Shown: piece by piece, positions 1 through 8,806 of the stretch
Numbering within the stretch: the stretch's first letter is position 1
How the letters are laid out: each line of letters starts with the position of its first letter
Virus record (IMG/VR): IMGVR_UViG_3300030503_000155
DNA from: a virus
Strand: one strand, 5' to 3'
DNA: 33,813 nt
Made by a program: the position numbers and the translations under genes
Notes under the pieces: model-generated
What the model was told of the DNA's origin: nothing
Database searches by the model: none
The model's input: only the letters and a program-made list of their open reading frames with translations

Positions 1-127
1 CCGCCGGAACCGCCTGGACTGGAACCTAGCCCACCTTTGGCACTTAACGTTGCGTCTGCTGCTGAGTTAGAACTAAACATAATCTACTCATCCTTAAGTA
101 GTGGTAAACGTTTTCCAAACACCGCCT
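1..127. repeat. Terminal direct repeat, copy 1 (identical to 33687..33813)
   Basis: Base-by-base comparison shows 1..127 equals 33687..33813. The repeat holds the 5' end of the 225-aa gene and the 3' end of the 90-aa gene, so both are simply continuous on a circle. Confidence 0.97.
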
Positions 128-366
128 TGAAATATTTGAGGCGCATTTGTAGTTGTATTATATATCATTTGTCCAGCCTGTGGTGATTGTATGCTGTCTC
201 TTTGTGCAGTTGTAATATTTGGGATAAATGTACCGAATGATCCCATATAACCGACTAAATTTTCATAGAATGTTGCAAAGAAACTCACCCAAATATCTGA
301 TATTTTATTCGATCCTGGTTTTGTAATCGCATCATAAACCGGAAATATATCAAAATCAGCAGCCAT
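94..366 (-). CDS. Small virion-associated protein (90 aa) with fibre-like C-terminal motif
   Basis: ATG start. It lies directly downstream of the nozzle gene, and an AAGGA RBS for the next gene follows its stop. The C-terminus TTAQRDSIQSPQAGQMIYNTTTNAPQIFQGGVWKTF resembles a short motif common at the ends of phage fibre and adhesin proteins. Confidence 0.6.
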   Translation of the reverse strand: MAADFDIFPVYDAITKPGSNKISDIWVSFFATFYENLVGYMGSFGTFIPNITTAQRDSIQSPQAGQMIYNTTTNAPQIFQGGVWKTFTTT

Positions 367-371
367 ACGTT

Positions 372-2252
372 CTACTCCGGAAGCGTTTCATAAGCCCATG
401 AAGCGCCCATTAGAATAAATGGTCCCGTATTAAAATACTCAATTTTAGGTACAAACGCTTGACCACGTGGAACCACACCTAATTTGCGCCATACAGTGCG
501 ATATGAACGATTTCCAACGGTACCCATTGGCGCTACAAGTTGAAATCCAAATGTCTGGCCACCGTCTTTAGACCAAGTTAAAAAGACTTCTGGGAATTGC
601 TCTGCAATAACAGATTGTGTTTGGTCTGTTATCAAAATTGCGCCTGTTTCTGTTGCAATTGCAAATCCACTATCTGTGATGATTTCAACTGGAACTTGTG
701 TGAAATCCAATAATGCTACATTGCCTTGGACTACATCAATCTGAAAACGATCGATTCGCGTACGCTGATATGCTGCGGGAACAATAGGCTTTCCAATACG
801 CTTTCTAGGTATTATTTCGCCATTATTGTTATATGTATTAGGATCGAGAACATACAAAAGTGGCGACTTGTAATCACCCACATAATTCAATCCATTAAAA
901 TAAGCTTGTGTTTGTGCATAATGCCTATTCAACGTATAGGTTTCTTCCTCGTGCCATAATTTTTCTTCATCCCCACCAGCAGGATTACTCAGTGTGACGT
1001 TATAGACAAAAGTATGATCGGCAATGGTAAAATTCATTCTATAGAAAATCATGCCGTTTTCTTTAACCATGAATGCGCGACAATCGGCTACTGAACTAAC
1101 GGCGGCATATTGCGCTAATTGAGAATCCAATGCACGAGTACTGGCAGGCATTGGCTGCGTACCATCAATTTCCTGGACCGATCCCAAGCTATCCCGATTT
1201 TGCGAGAGAAACATTAATTTATCAAACCCAACAGAGATACTGCCAATAGCCGGCGTTCCAAACTCAATTAGCAATGCATTATTGCGCCTAAATGGTAAAT
1301 TTGTGCCTTGACCTGAATTTTCCCATACTTCGGTATAAAATTGTGAAAATAGGAATAAACGCCTATGCAATGTTCGACAGGCAACGATCGTCCCAGGGTG
1401 CGATATAATGGAGGCTTGTTGTAATTGTCCTGCACTTACTAAGTTAACAGTAGGCGTAACATTTGCGGTAATTGCAATAGCAGTTCCTGCAATAGCATTG
1501 GCATACGTCGTTGCGAGTTTGATATGCGTTGCATCAACAAATATTGTGAAATAAGTTGTACTAATCGCAAGTCCAGTTCCAGCCAAGCTCCCGCTGACGC
1601 CCAATGTAAGCGTTACAGGAATACCAGTTGCAAAGTTTGCGGTACCAGATACGCCACTTATTGTGCTTGCACCTACTATTAGTTGATTTGGTAATGCCAC
1701 GAAAGATGTGGTAAACACATTACTTGCAGATCCCCAAACCATCCCTTGATTGAAACTTGATAGTTGAAAATTATTAGTTCCTCCAGCCGCTACAACGAAG
1801 AATCCATCTAGATAACATACATCAATCGGTTGGGCTGGAAATGATGTATCCGTAATAATGGAGAATGTGGCGGCAATTGTATCCCATATATACCCATCAT
1901 CACCGTCAACAAATATGACCTGAAAGGTATTAGCATCAATTCCTACATACCCAGTGACAGTGCCAATTAATGTGCCTAGCCTGATAACGGTTCCGGTACT
2001 ATCAACTCGCAATACAGAGTTTCCAACGACCATATAGTGAAATGCTTGAAACACAAACTGTGCTCTAAAGCCACCTGATGATGCTAATAGATTGTAATTG
2101 GTATTGATTAATCCTGATGTGCTATTTAGTGATCTTTGTTTCTTACCACGAGGATCTATGTACTCATATAAATTGATCGAACGCTCACCGTCGATCGAGG
2201 TGATCTGTTGATTGTTGTAACTTCCAACCAGTTCATAGTTTTCTGTTGGCAC
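372..2252 (-). CDS. Tail nozzle / tail tubular protein B (P22 gp10 / T7 gp12-like), with inserted module
   Basis: 626 aa, GTG start 1 nt after the upstream stop. The N-terminal block (SINLYEY..SGLI..GGFRAQFVFQ..VVGNSVLRVD) and C-terminal block (NRSYRTVWRKLGVVPRGQAFVPKIEY) parallel P22 gp10 as I recall it. Gene order is adaptor then nozzle. Confidence 0.7.
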   Translation of the reverse strand: MPTENYELVGSYNNQQITSIDGERSINLYEYIDPRGKKQRSLNSTSGLINTNYNLLASSGGFRAQFVFQAFHYMVVGNSVLRVDSTGTVIRLGTLIGTVTGYVGIDANTFQVIFVDGDDGYIWDTIAATFSIITDTSFPAQPIDVCYLDGFFVVAAGGTNNFQLSSFNQGMVWGSASNVFTTSFVALPNQLIVGASTISGVSGTANFATGIPVTLTLGVSGSLAGTGLAISTTYFTIFVDATHIKLATTYANAIAGTAIAITANVTPTVNLVSAGQLQQASIISHPGTIVACRTLHRRLFLFSQFYTEVWENSGQGTNLPFRRNNALLIEFGTPAIGSISVGFDKLMFLSQNRDSLGSVQEIDGTQPMPASTRALDSQLAQYAAVSSVADCRAFMVKENGMIFYRMNFTIADHTFVYNVTLSNPAGGDEEKLWHEEETYTLNRHYAQTQAYFNGLNYVGDYKSPLLYVLDPNTYNNNGEIIPRKRIGKPIVPAAYQRTRIDRFQIDVVQGNVALLDFTQVPVEIITDSGFAIATETGAILITDQTQSVIAEQFPEVFLTWSKDGGQTFGFQLVAPMGTVGNRSYRTVWRKLGVVPRGQAFVPKIEYFNTGPFILMGASWAYETLPE

Positions 2253-2253
2253 A

Positions 2254-3294
2254 TTAATAACTCAATATGTTTGGCCAGTAGAACGGCTCAGGCGCAGTTA
2301 ATGTGACGGATGGCCTAATGGTGAGATCCGTTTCGTTAGCGTTCTTAAGCGTCTGATAATAGTCTTGATATTCATCTTCCGAGGTTTCATTCCAATTACC
2401 AGATGGGTAATAGGATCTGAATTTCCTCGCTAAAGCATATTTCATAAATCCATAATAATTCGGCGGTAATTCATTCATCGTATCTTGTGATCGAAGAAAA
2501 TTAATCATGCTCTTAACTTGCAATTCAAATGGGTATGGTTGATCCGGTACAGGGTATACCGTAATAAAACTTTCGGTTGCTTGCTTGTTCAAAAAGATAA
2601 ACCCAGGTCTTGCAAGCAGATTGCTTTGACGAACAACATTATAATATGTCGCTTTATTGATAATGCGCATTGGATAAATAAGGTTTGTTCCAACCGCCGT
2701 TAAATTTCCATTATAAGTCGTAATAGTTTGATCACCAACGCCGTCTGTTATCAATACAATCGGTACATTGTTAAATGCATTGCTCAACGATAGCGATAGT
2801 TGTAGGGTGGTAGGACCTAAGAACATTGTGTAATACGTAACCCCTGCAACTAATGGCTGAGGAATCGTACCTGTTGTTTGCAATGTAACAGGGGTACCCG
2901 TTGGAAATGCTGTCGTATCTGCAATTGTTATCGTATTAGATACGGTATCTGCTGTATAAGTAAAAGTAATAGGATTCGCATTCTGGTTAAACCCAGTTCC
3001 TTGTACAACGTAATTTGCAAATGATAAATCAACAACGCGATCTGCTGTAATATTAGTGCCTAATATCATATCCGAAATTGAATAGGTATGTTGCCCAACA
3101 TTAAATACGGATCTAAGTGTCGTTAAGAACGGAATGTAAATGCTATCGGATGAGAATTTATCCAATAGTTCATTGAATAATTCAAGGCCCGTGGATAGCA
3201 TAAAACTATCCGCAGGCTCACCTACTCCGAGTTCACCGAGTAAGTACAATGAATTAACAATGCAATCATTTACAGTCCGTGTAACTTGCGGCAT
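2254..3294 (-). CDS. Tail adaptor / tail tubular protein A (T7 gp11-like), with inserted module
   Basis: 346 aa. The N-terminus VNDCIVNSLYLLGELGVGEPADSF..LELFNELLDKF parallels T7 gp11 (VNDILASIGEPPVSTLE...). The C-terminal LPPNYYGFMKYALARKFRSYY parallels [21 protein letters not shown]. It lies immediately upstream of the nozzle gene. Confidence 0.65.
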   Translation of the reverse strand: MPQVTRTVNDCIVNSLYLLGELGVGEPADSFMLSTGLELFNELLDKFSSDSIYIPFLTTLRSVFNVGQHTYSISDMILGTNITADRVVDLSFANYVVQGTGFNQNANPITFTYTADTVSNTITIADTTAFPTGTPVTLQTTGTIPQPLVAGVTYYTMFLGPTTLQLSLSLSNAFNNVPIVLITDGVGDQTITTYNGNLTAVGTNLIYPMRIINKATYYNVVRQSNLLARPGFIFLNKQATESFITVYPVPDQPYPFELQVKSMINFLRSQDTMNELPPNYYGFMKYALARKFRSYYPSGNWNETSEDEYQDYYQTLKNANETDLTIRPSVTLTAPEPFYWPNILSY

Positions 3295-3312
3295 CCTGCC
3301 ACCTAATAAATA

Positions 3313-3579
3313 TTATTTCAGTGGGAAAGCAACTTTATCCATTCCTTTTGTGAGATCGCGCGCAAGTTCTTGTGCGTGCTCACCGTTGTTACACATGTAG
3401 GCGTCGAATTCCATTGCTTCACCTTTTAAAACAGGTGGCTGGCCAGAGAATCGCGCTAACTCTGCTTGCTGTTTCTTAACAAACATATCTTTTGCTGAAT
3501 GCTCAGATTCCATTCGCTTCTGACGTGTGTTTGCGATTGCTGCTTCTTTTCCTGGGTTGTTGTCGTATCGGTCTTTCAT
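3313..3579 (-). CDS. Hypothetical head-associated protein (88 aa)
   Basis: ATG preceded by GAGGTG, positioned between the capsid and adaptor genes. No family recognised. Confidence 0.6.
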   Translation of the reverse strand: MKDRYDNNPGKEAAIANTRQKRMESEHSAKDMFVKKQQAELARFSGQPPVLKGEAMEFDAYMCNNGEHAQELARDLTKGMDKVAFPLK

Positions 3580-3721
3580 GTGTCACCTCATTAGGTCTAT
3601 AGCTCGTATTCTTCAAAGTAGGATGGTCAAACCATTCACCCAATGCGAATAGCTTTTCTGCGTCTTCTTCTTCCATGACTTGCATGGGCAAAGTTTTGTG
3701 ATACAAACAGCATAAAGACAT
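3503..3721 (-). CDS. Hypothetical protein (72 aa), 77-nt overlap with the next gene
   Basis: A GGAG sits 9 nt upstream of the ATG, directly after the capsid stop. The first ~50 aa look protein-like (MQVMEEEDAEKLFALGEWFDHPTL). The basic tail is an out-of-frame read of the next gene. Confidence 0.4.
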   Translation of the reverse strand: MSLCCLYHKTLPMQVMEEEDAEKLFALGEWFDHPTLKNTSYRPNEVTHERPIRQQPRKRSSNRKHTSEANGI

Positions 3722-3734
3722 CGGGTATCGCTCC

Positions 3735-4961
3735 TTACGATAATAATTTAACGGCGTATTGTGGATGCCATTGGAATCCGCACAAAATATCCAGACGCAT
3801 TAAGTTTTGATAACCCAAAATATCGCCAGTTTGCGTTACAGCAAGTGACAATCCAGTTTCGGGATCGATCGCAACACTTGAGTACGGAACTTGTAGCTTA
3901 TATAAAGGAGGGCAAACGATATCTAAACCACGTGCAGGATATGCAACGTTAACGTTATAACTTGGTACTACAGTCACAGCGGCACCATCTGGAATAGCAT
4001 TAGATACGTTCTGCAATGGGCTTGATGTAGAACTGATAATCGTTGGTGATACCGTAATTGTTACCGCGCCACCGCCTGATGAATTTGCGGCTGCTGTGAT
4101 AACAAACTGCATGTTCTGACCAGTTGATGCGCGTGACAATGGATTCACACTTGAAACACCCGCAATCGAAATCAAATCACCTGGTAAGAAGTAATTTGTA
4201 ACTGTGCCTGTAGCGCCTGCAAGAATAATTGTGTTACCCGATGCTACTGCACCGTTAACTGTTAGAGTATCACCAGCATGCAATGTTGGTCCTGCACCCG
4301 CAACGTGTCTAACAATATTTTGGGATTGGAACACATCAAAATATGACAAATGTCCGATTGCAGATTGTCTAACAATTTCTTCGTTAAATACGGGAGTGAA
4401 ATTGTTTTGCAAGCCTTGTTTCAATGCAGAACCATCGCGTACGGTCATTGCAAGATAGGCATCAGATGATATGTTAACGCCTTGTTCAAGCAGTTTTGCG
4501 CCTGCAAGGTCAACGGTACCAAACGAATTAATTGGGGTTCCTGCGGTACCAGAATAATAATTCAATTGCTGTTCAGCAGCCGAACTAATATCACGTTCCA
4601 TCTGGGTGATAATGTTTTGAATTGCAGGTTGAATAAACATGCGGGAGAAATCTTCGATTCGCAAGGATAAATCCGCAACAGTGTATGCAATCAATGCATG
4701 GTATTGATGAGCGACCGTGATATTTTCAACGACTTCTAAAATATCTTGTGGTACAGCAGTTGAACCATCGCCAATAATGAAGTTATTTTGTCTACGAACC
4801 TGCAAGGTATCGCCGATTTTATAACCTGAACTATTGAAATCATCTTGATAAATTCTAGAACCAGTCATGACATAAGGAGCGTTATTGGCGAACATGGCAA
4901 GAGCCGTATTCGACACGAGTTGAGTTGTAATAAATTGATTAGCCATCCTGGCAATCTCCAT
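3735..4961 (-). CDS. Major capsid protein (HK97 fold, P22 gp5-like coat family)
   Basis: 408 aa, downstream of portal and scaffold. Size, position and general sequence character fit the P22-type coat family. Confidence 0.85.
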   Translation of the reverse strand: MEIARMANQFITTQLVSNTALAMFANNAPYVMTGSRIYQDDFNSSGYKIGDTLQVRRQNNFIIGDGSTAVPQDILEVVENITVAHQYHALIAYTVADLSLRIEDFSRMFIQPAIQNIITQMERDISSAAEQQLNYYSGTAGTPINSFGTVDLAGAKLLEQGVNISSDAYLAMTVRDGSALKQGLQNNFTPVFNEEIVRQSAIGHLSYFDVFQSQNIVRHVAGAGPTLHAGDTLTVNGAVASGNTIILAGATGTVTNYFLPGDLISIAGVSSVNPLSRASTGQNMQFVITAAANSSGGGAVTITVSPTIISSTSSPLQNVSNAIPDGAAVTVVPSYNVNVAYPARGLDIVCPPLYKLQVPYSSVAIDPETGLSLAVTQTGDILGYQNLMRLDILCGFQWHPQYAVKLLS

Positions 4962-5003
4962 CCATTGAAAAAAATGTTTTGAGTTGGATTTAATCTTTGC
5001 AGA

Positions 5004-5792
5004 TTATTTCCAACCCGCTCTCATTCTCTTCCGCAGTTCACCCACGGAAGTCTTTTCCGTAACGCCGGGAGAATTGGAAACTGGATTGCTTTTGATGTTA
5101 CCTAACGGACGTGGGCTTGAGCCTTTTTGATCACCACCGTTAATCAAAGCATGTGACAGTTTAACCATCTCTGACGCTTGATCTATGGGGTGAAGACGTG
5201 CAATACGATTGAGTTCATCAGGATTTTTGCCGAGTTTATAGAGCACTTCACCAGCGCTTCCCGCGCCGTTTTTCGGTAGCATTAAAGCCGCATCGCGCAT
5301 GTGAGGGGTGTATGGTGCATCATCCCCACGAACTACATCTTCAAAGTCATCGTACTTATCGGCTGTTTTGTCTAAATGACGCTGCAACTCTGAGTACTGT
5401 TTATGAAGGTGTTGCTTGCTCTCTGCTTCTTTAGCATTGCGCTCCTGCATATCCTTGTGCTGTAGCGCATAGCTAACTGCCTTGTGAATTTGCTCATCCA
5501 TGCCGGACATTGGTGCTGGTTGTCCAGTATAGGGATTGTAAGCATCATTAGCGGTATGATTCGGTTGGGCGTATCCCGTAGATTGCATATCATTAATCCT
5601 TTGGTGCAAATCACGAATTTCCCTTTCGTGAGCCCTCTTCTGTTGCTTTAAACGCTTTTGCACATAAAGAGGATCTTGGGTATGACCTTCAGACTCTGCC
5701 TCTGATTCTTGAGGCTGTTCACTTTCTGAAGCACCAACGTTATCTAACACTTCTTCTGCTTGCCCATCCTGGGCGACATCCTGAGCTTCCAT
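5004..5792 (-). CDS. Scaffolding protein
   Basis: 262 aa between portal and capsid. It has an acidic N-terminus, a helical charged body and a basic C-terminal tip (GELRKRMRAGWK), like the coat-binding ends of P22-type scaffolds. Confidence 0.7.
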   Translation of the reverse strand: MEAQDVAQDGQAEEVLDNVGASESEQPQESEAESEGHTQDPLYVQKRLKQQKRAHEREIRDLHQRINDMQSTGYAQPNHTANDAYNPYTGQPAPMSGMDEQIHKAVSYALQHKDMQERNAKEAESKQHLHKQYSELQRHLDKTADKYDDFEDVVRGDDAPYTPHMRDAALMLPKNGAGSAGEVLYKLGKNPDELNRIARLHPIDQASEMVKLSHALINGGDQKGSSPRPLGNIKSNPVSNSPGVTEKTSVGELRKRMRAGWK

Positions 5793-6061
5793 TGCTTATC
5801 TCCACACCGGCATTTATGCCCCGATCTATTAGGCTTGATCGTGTAAGCCCCGTAAAAATCCTTTCTACGTTCATTTCATATTATTATTTTAGTAGGCAAT
5901 AAGCATCGGCACCGGTACGGTGTGTCACAACATGATAGGTGTTATTTTGTTATTTCTGATTACATGCGATAAGTGGGCATATCGAATGTATTAAGCATGG
6001 CAACTACCCGGAAATACCAGGCAGTTTAATCATGTTATTACATGTTGCATTAAATTATACG
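5793..6061 (-). promoter_or_regulatory. Long non-coding spacer upstream of the scaffold and capsid genes
   Basis: 269 nt with no ORF longer than 12 codons on the coding strand, in an otherwise tightly packed operon. It contains short hairpins (CACCG-GTA-CGGTG; GGCTT-N8-AAGCC) and two CGGGGC copies. Confidence 0.4.
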
Positions 6062-8302
6062 TTATTCACTCTTAGTTTTAGGTGGATTTGCCTTTTGTAT
6101 TTCCTTGTCATGCGCTCTTTGCTTATCTTTGTCATGTAAAGTTGACATTATCGATGCAATTTTAGCTGTGAAATCCATCTCAGCCTTATCTGCATTTAAT
6201 AGATGATCTTTGTGTTCCATGTGTTGTTTTGATAATGTTTCATGCGCTTTCAATGCCAATTCTTGGCGTTCTAACTCATGTTTTTGCTGCCTTATCTGCA
6301 ATTCTGCTTGTCTATCCTGTATCTGACTCACTTCTAACTGCAATTTTTGCTCATCAATTTTCAACTTCTGCTCTTTATGCTGCATCTCTTGCTGTGCCAT
6401 CTGCATTTGTTGCTGCATCATCATCTGTTGCGGATCTGGTTTCTTAGGTGGCGCAGGTTCTCCACGTTCCTTCGCTAATATTTCAGGTGGCACTAATGTT
6501 TCAAACCGTTCAACGATTTGTGGCATGAATTGTACGTCAAGGTTCTTCGCATAGAGATCAGCAACCAATGGGAATGCTTGCGGGAAGGCTTGTAATGTCT
6601 GCTGTAAGAATTCCAATGCAACATCTTGCTGAACCGAGAATGAAGCACCCGTATCAATCTCAACATCAAATTCTCCCTTATCCAGGGTATTAATCATTCC
6701 GCCATCTTTATCTTGCTGATTGAAAATCATGGCCTTGGTCTTGCCGTCTTTCTTTGATAGCATCATGTGACGCTCATCTTCGCCTATTACATACGGCAGA
6801 AGATCATTAACAACCCTGCCACCCTGCTCTATGGCTTGATTAAGGTTATCAAAGAACACATATGCTGACATCGATCCTTCTAGCTTCCGCTCTCGTCGTG
6901 CTTTCCCTGATATGTCTTTGCCTTGCAGTGCTTCTGATTCGCTGAATCCTAATATCTCATTGATATCCTGCGTTGCACGCTGTGCGTTCGCCATCAGTGC
7001 AGGAGACAAATCCCAGGGTTGTTGCTTCTGAGGCATTGCACCCGTCTTGGGGTCAGGTTTCGCTCGGAGTATGCCCATCTGCAACTCAGGGTTTCGCCAA
7101 TCCTGTTCATAACCAATAATATTGTCAGGAGTCCCCAGCCACTGCTCACGCCGACGATTCTTAATCTCAGCCGCAATTTCCGAATTAAAATAGTTAACAC
7201 ACTTTTGCGCATCACGGGCCTCATGGATAAATGATTTCGTGTATTGACGGCCTTCAATGTAATAACTATCACCATCCACAAAAGGTATGGGAAGGTACTT
7301 GGAGGGCCATTTGGAGAATTCTATAATCTGGTCACGCAGCATACGATAATGCATGATTTCGTAATCTTGGGTTTGTCTCTTGCCTATAATTCTGGGTATC
7401 TCTCGCTTAATGATGTCACCAACCACGGAATCTTTGGTGATTTCCATATTATCTTCGAAGTTCTTCTCACGTTCTAACCACTCATCTTCTGTCACCACAT
7501 CCCCATTGCTTAACTTATAGATCATCAATGGGTACCATTCTTTGGCGTAATGATCGCAGATAACGACTGTATCTCTTGTCTGCCACTGGAAATCCAGCAT
7601 CATATAAGGATCGACGAAAGATATAGGATTGGTTATGTAGGGGAATGTTGCGAAGAATTCATCACGCGTAAATACAAATCGTCTGGAGCAGAAGTTACCA
7701 TCACCCTTGTGTGGCTTTAGAGCCGTTGGATCCCAAGAGCAAGTTGTGGGATCATTGATTAATCCATAACGTATTGCTCGATTAAAGCTTCGTGGTGATT
7801 CATAATCTAATTCAACTTGAAAAGTACCGAAACCCATCATGAGGGCATTTTTAAATGCAGTTTGGTAAACTAAGTCGTTCTGTGATTGATAAGATATTGT
7901 CCGTACTAAATCCGCTCTTAAATCTATCTGTTCTTGTGATGCTTTTCCTGTTAGTGATCGTACTATTAGATCTGGTTTGTTTTTACGCTGTTCACCCACT
8001 ACTTTCTTTATTGCATCGTACAATTTGTTAAATGTCATCGCAGGCTTGAATAGCCTGGTGAACTCAGAGCGTTCTATCGCTGTCCATTGGTCTCGCACAA
8101 CGAAGTTAACATCGTCCTTACCGCGAACAATATTCTCATTAAAATAGGAATTCCAGCAATTCTGAGCTTCTGTAGCATGATGTAGAACGTCTTTCTCATC
8201 AATGCCTGCTTCATTCAAGGCATCAACACGACGTTCTTCCATTTCGAAGAGTTCATCTTGCTCTAAATTTTCGACGTTCACATCCTGTGATTCGCGTTCC
8301 AT
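6062..8302 (-). CDS. Portal protein (P22 gp1-like, long C-terminal helical barrel)
   Basis: 746 aa. It has a portal-family N-terminal and central region, plus a ~130-aa Q/E/K-rich coiled-coil C-terminus (QQMMMQQQMQMAQQEMQHKEQKLKIDEQKLQLE...), as in the P22 portal barrel. Confidence 0.9.
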   Translation of the reverse strand: MERESQDVNVENLEQDELFEMEERRVDALNEAGIDEKDVLHHATEAQNCWNSYFNENIVRGKDDVNFVVRDQWTAIERSEFTRLFKPAMTFNKLYDAIKKVVGEQRKNKPDLIVRSLTGKASQEQIDLRADLVRTISYQSQNDLVYQTAFKNALMMGFGTFQVELDYESPRSFNRAIRYGLINDPTTCSWDPTALKPHKGDGNFCSRRFVFTRDEFFATFPYITNPISFVDPYMMLDFQWQTRDTVVICDHYAKEWYPLMIYKLSNGDVVTEDEWLEREKNFEDNMEITKDSVVGDIIKREIPRIIGKRQTQDYEIMHYRMLRDQIIEFSKWPSKYLPIPFVDGDSYYIEGRQYTKSFIHEARDAQKCVNYFNSEIAAEIKNRRREQWLGTPDNIIGYEQDWRNPELQMGILRAKPDPKTGAMPQKQQPWDLSPALMANAQRATQDINEILGFSESEALQGKDISGKARRERKLEGSMSAYVFFDNLNQAIEQGGRVVNDLLPYVIGEDERHMMLSKKDGKTKAMIFNQQDKDGGMINTLDKGEFDVEIDTGASFSVQQDVALEFLQQTLQAFPQAFPLVADLYAKNLDVQFMPQIVERFETLVPPEILAKERGEPAPPKKPDPQQMMMQQQMQMAQQEMQHKEQKLKIDEQKLQLEVSQIQDRQAELQIRQQKHELERQELALKAHETLSKQHMEHKDHLLNADKAEMDFTAKIASIMSTLHDKDKQRAHDKEIQKANPPKTKSE

Positions 8303-8425
8303 TTCGACATCCTGTCAAAATTATAGATAATTACCTGTAGGTTCGCTGTGCTTGGCACAATCAAGTCATAGAGTTATGGGTTTCGAAGCCCGCAGCGCAT
8401 AGGTTAATATTTATTGTATCATTAA

Positions 8426-8614
8426 TTATGGATTATATCCCTTGCTCGCTGCATCTATAAACTTGCAAAGTTTATCCGTTCTACCGGCCGATATCATCAT
8501 CAAGGGAGCGACATTACCTAGACCTGGAACCTTTGTGCCAAACCATATCAAAGTCTTCTCATAGTCGCCTTCGAAATAGATTAACATAAATTTAAATGCT
8601 TTTTTTAGTGTCAT
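8426..8614 (-). CDS. Stand-alone DUF2384-like (Xre/MbcA/ParS antitoxin C-terminal) domain protein
   Basis: 62 aa. FEGDYEKTLIWFGTKVPGLGNVAPLMMISAGRTDKLCKFIDAASKGY matches the remembered DUF2384 pattern (A..W...pn.aLgG.sPl.ll.t..G...v...l.....G). ATGA overlap with the upstream ORF. Confidence 0.5.
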   Translation of the reverse strand: MTLKKAFKFMLIYFEGDYEKTLIWFGTKVPGLGNVAPLMMISAGRTDKLCKFIDAASKGYNP

Positions 8615-8742
8615 AATTTCTTTTTCGTTTCAAGCAATTCATCCAGTTTAGCCGCAACTTTCTTTGTAATAGATGAGCTGGCTATAAAATAACCCAATAC
8701 AAAACCGATAATAATACCAATCACGAATATCTCAAAAAACAT
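8611..8742 (-). CDS. Small single-pass membrane protein (43 aa)
   Basis: Hand-called: MFFEIFVIGIIIGFVLGYFIASSSITKKVAAKLDELLETKKKL. Strong GAGGA RBS 6 nt upstream, and the stop overlaps the next ATG (ATGA). Confidence 0.5.
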   Translation of the reverse strand: MFFEIFVIGIIIGFVLGYFIASSSITKKVAAKLDELLETKKKL

Positions 8743-8806
8743 AATTAATCCTCAATAACATCAAATATAACTGCAATCTGCATAAGAAGAGCTGATTCAT
8801 CTAATG

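Noticed and set aside
1-80. Apparent truncated 5' fragment of the Gly/Gln-rich gene at the left window edge
   Set aside because: It is the duplicate copy within the 127-bp terminal overlap, so it is the same gene as 33089..33766 on the circular map.
8360-8400. Possible tRNA T-arm (GGGTTTCGAAGCCC)
   Set aside because: Only a 3-5 bp stem is possible, and neither strand yields an acceptor, D or anticodon arm.
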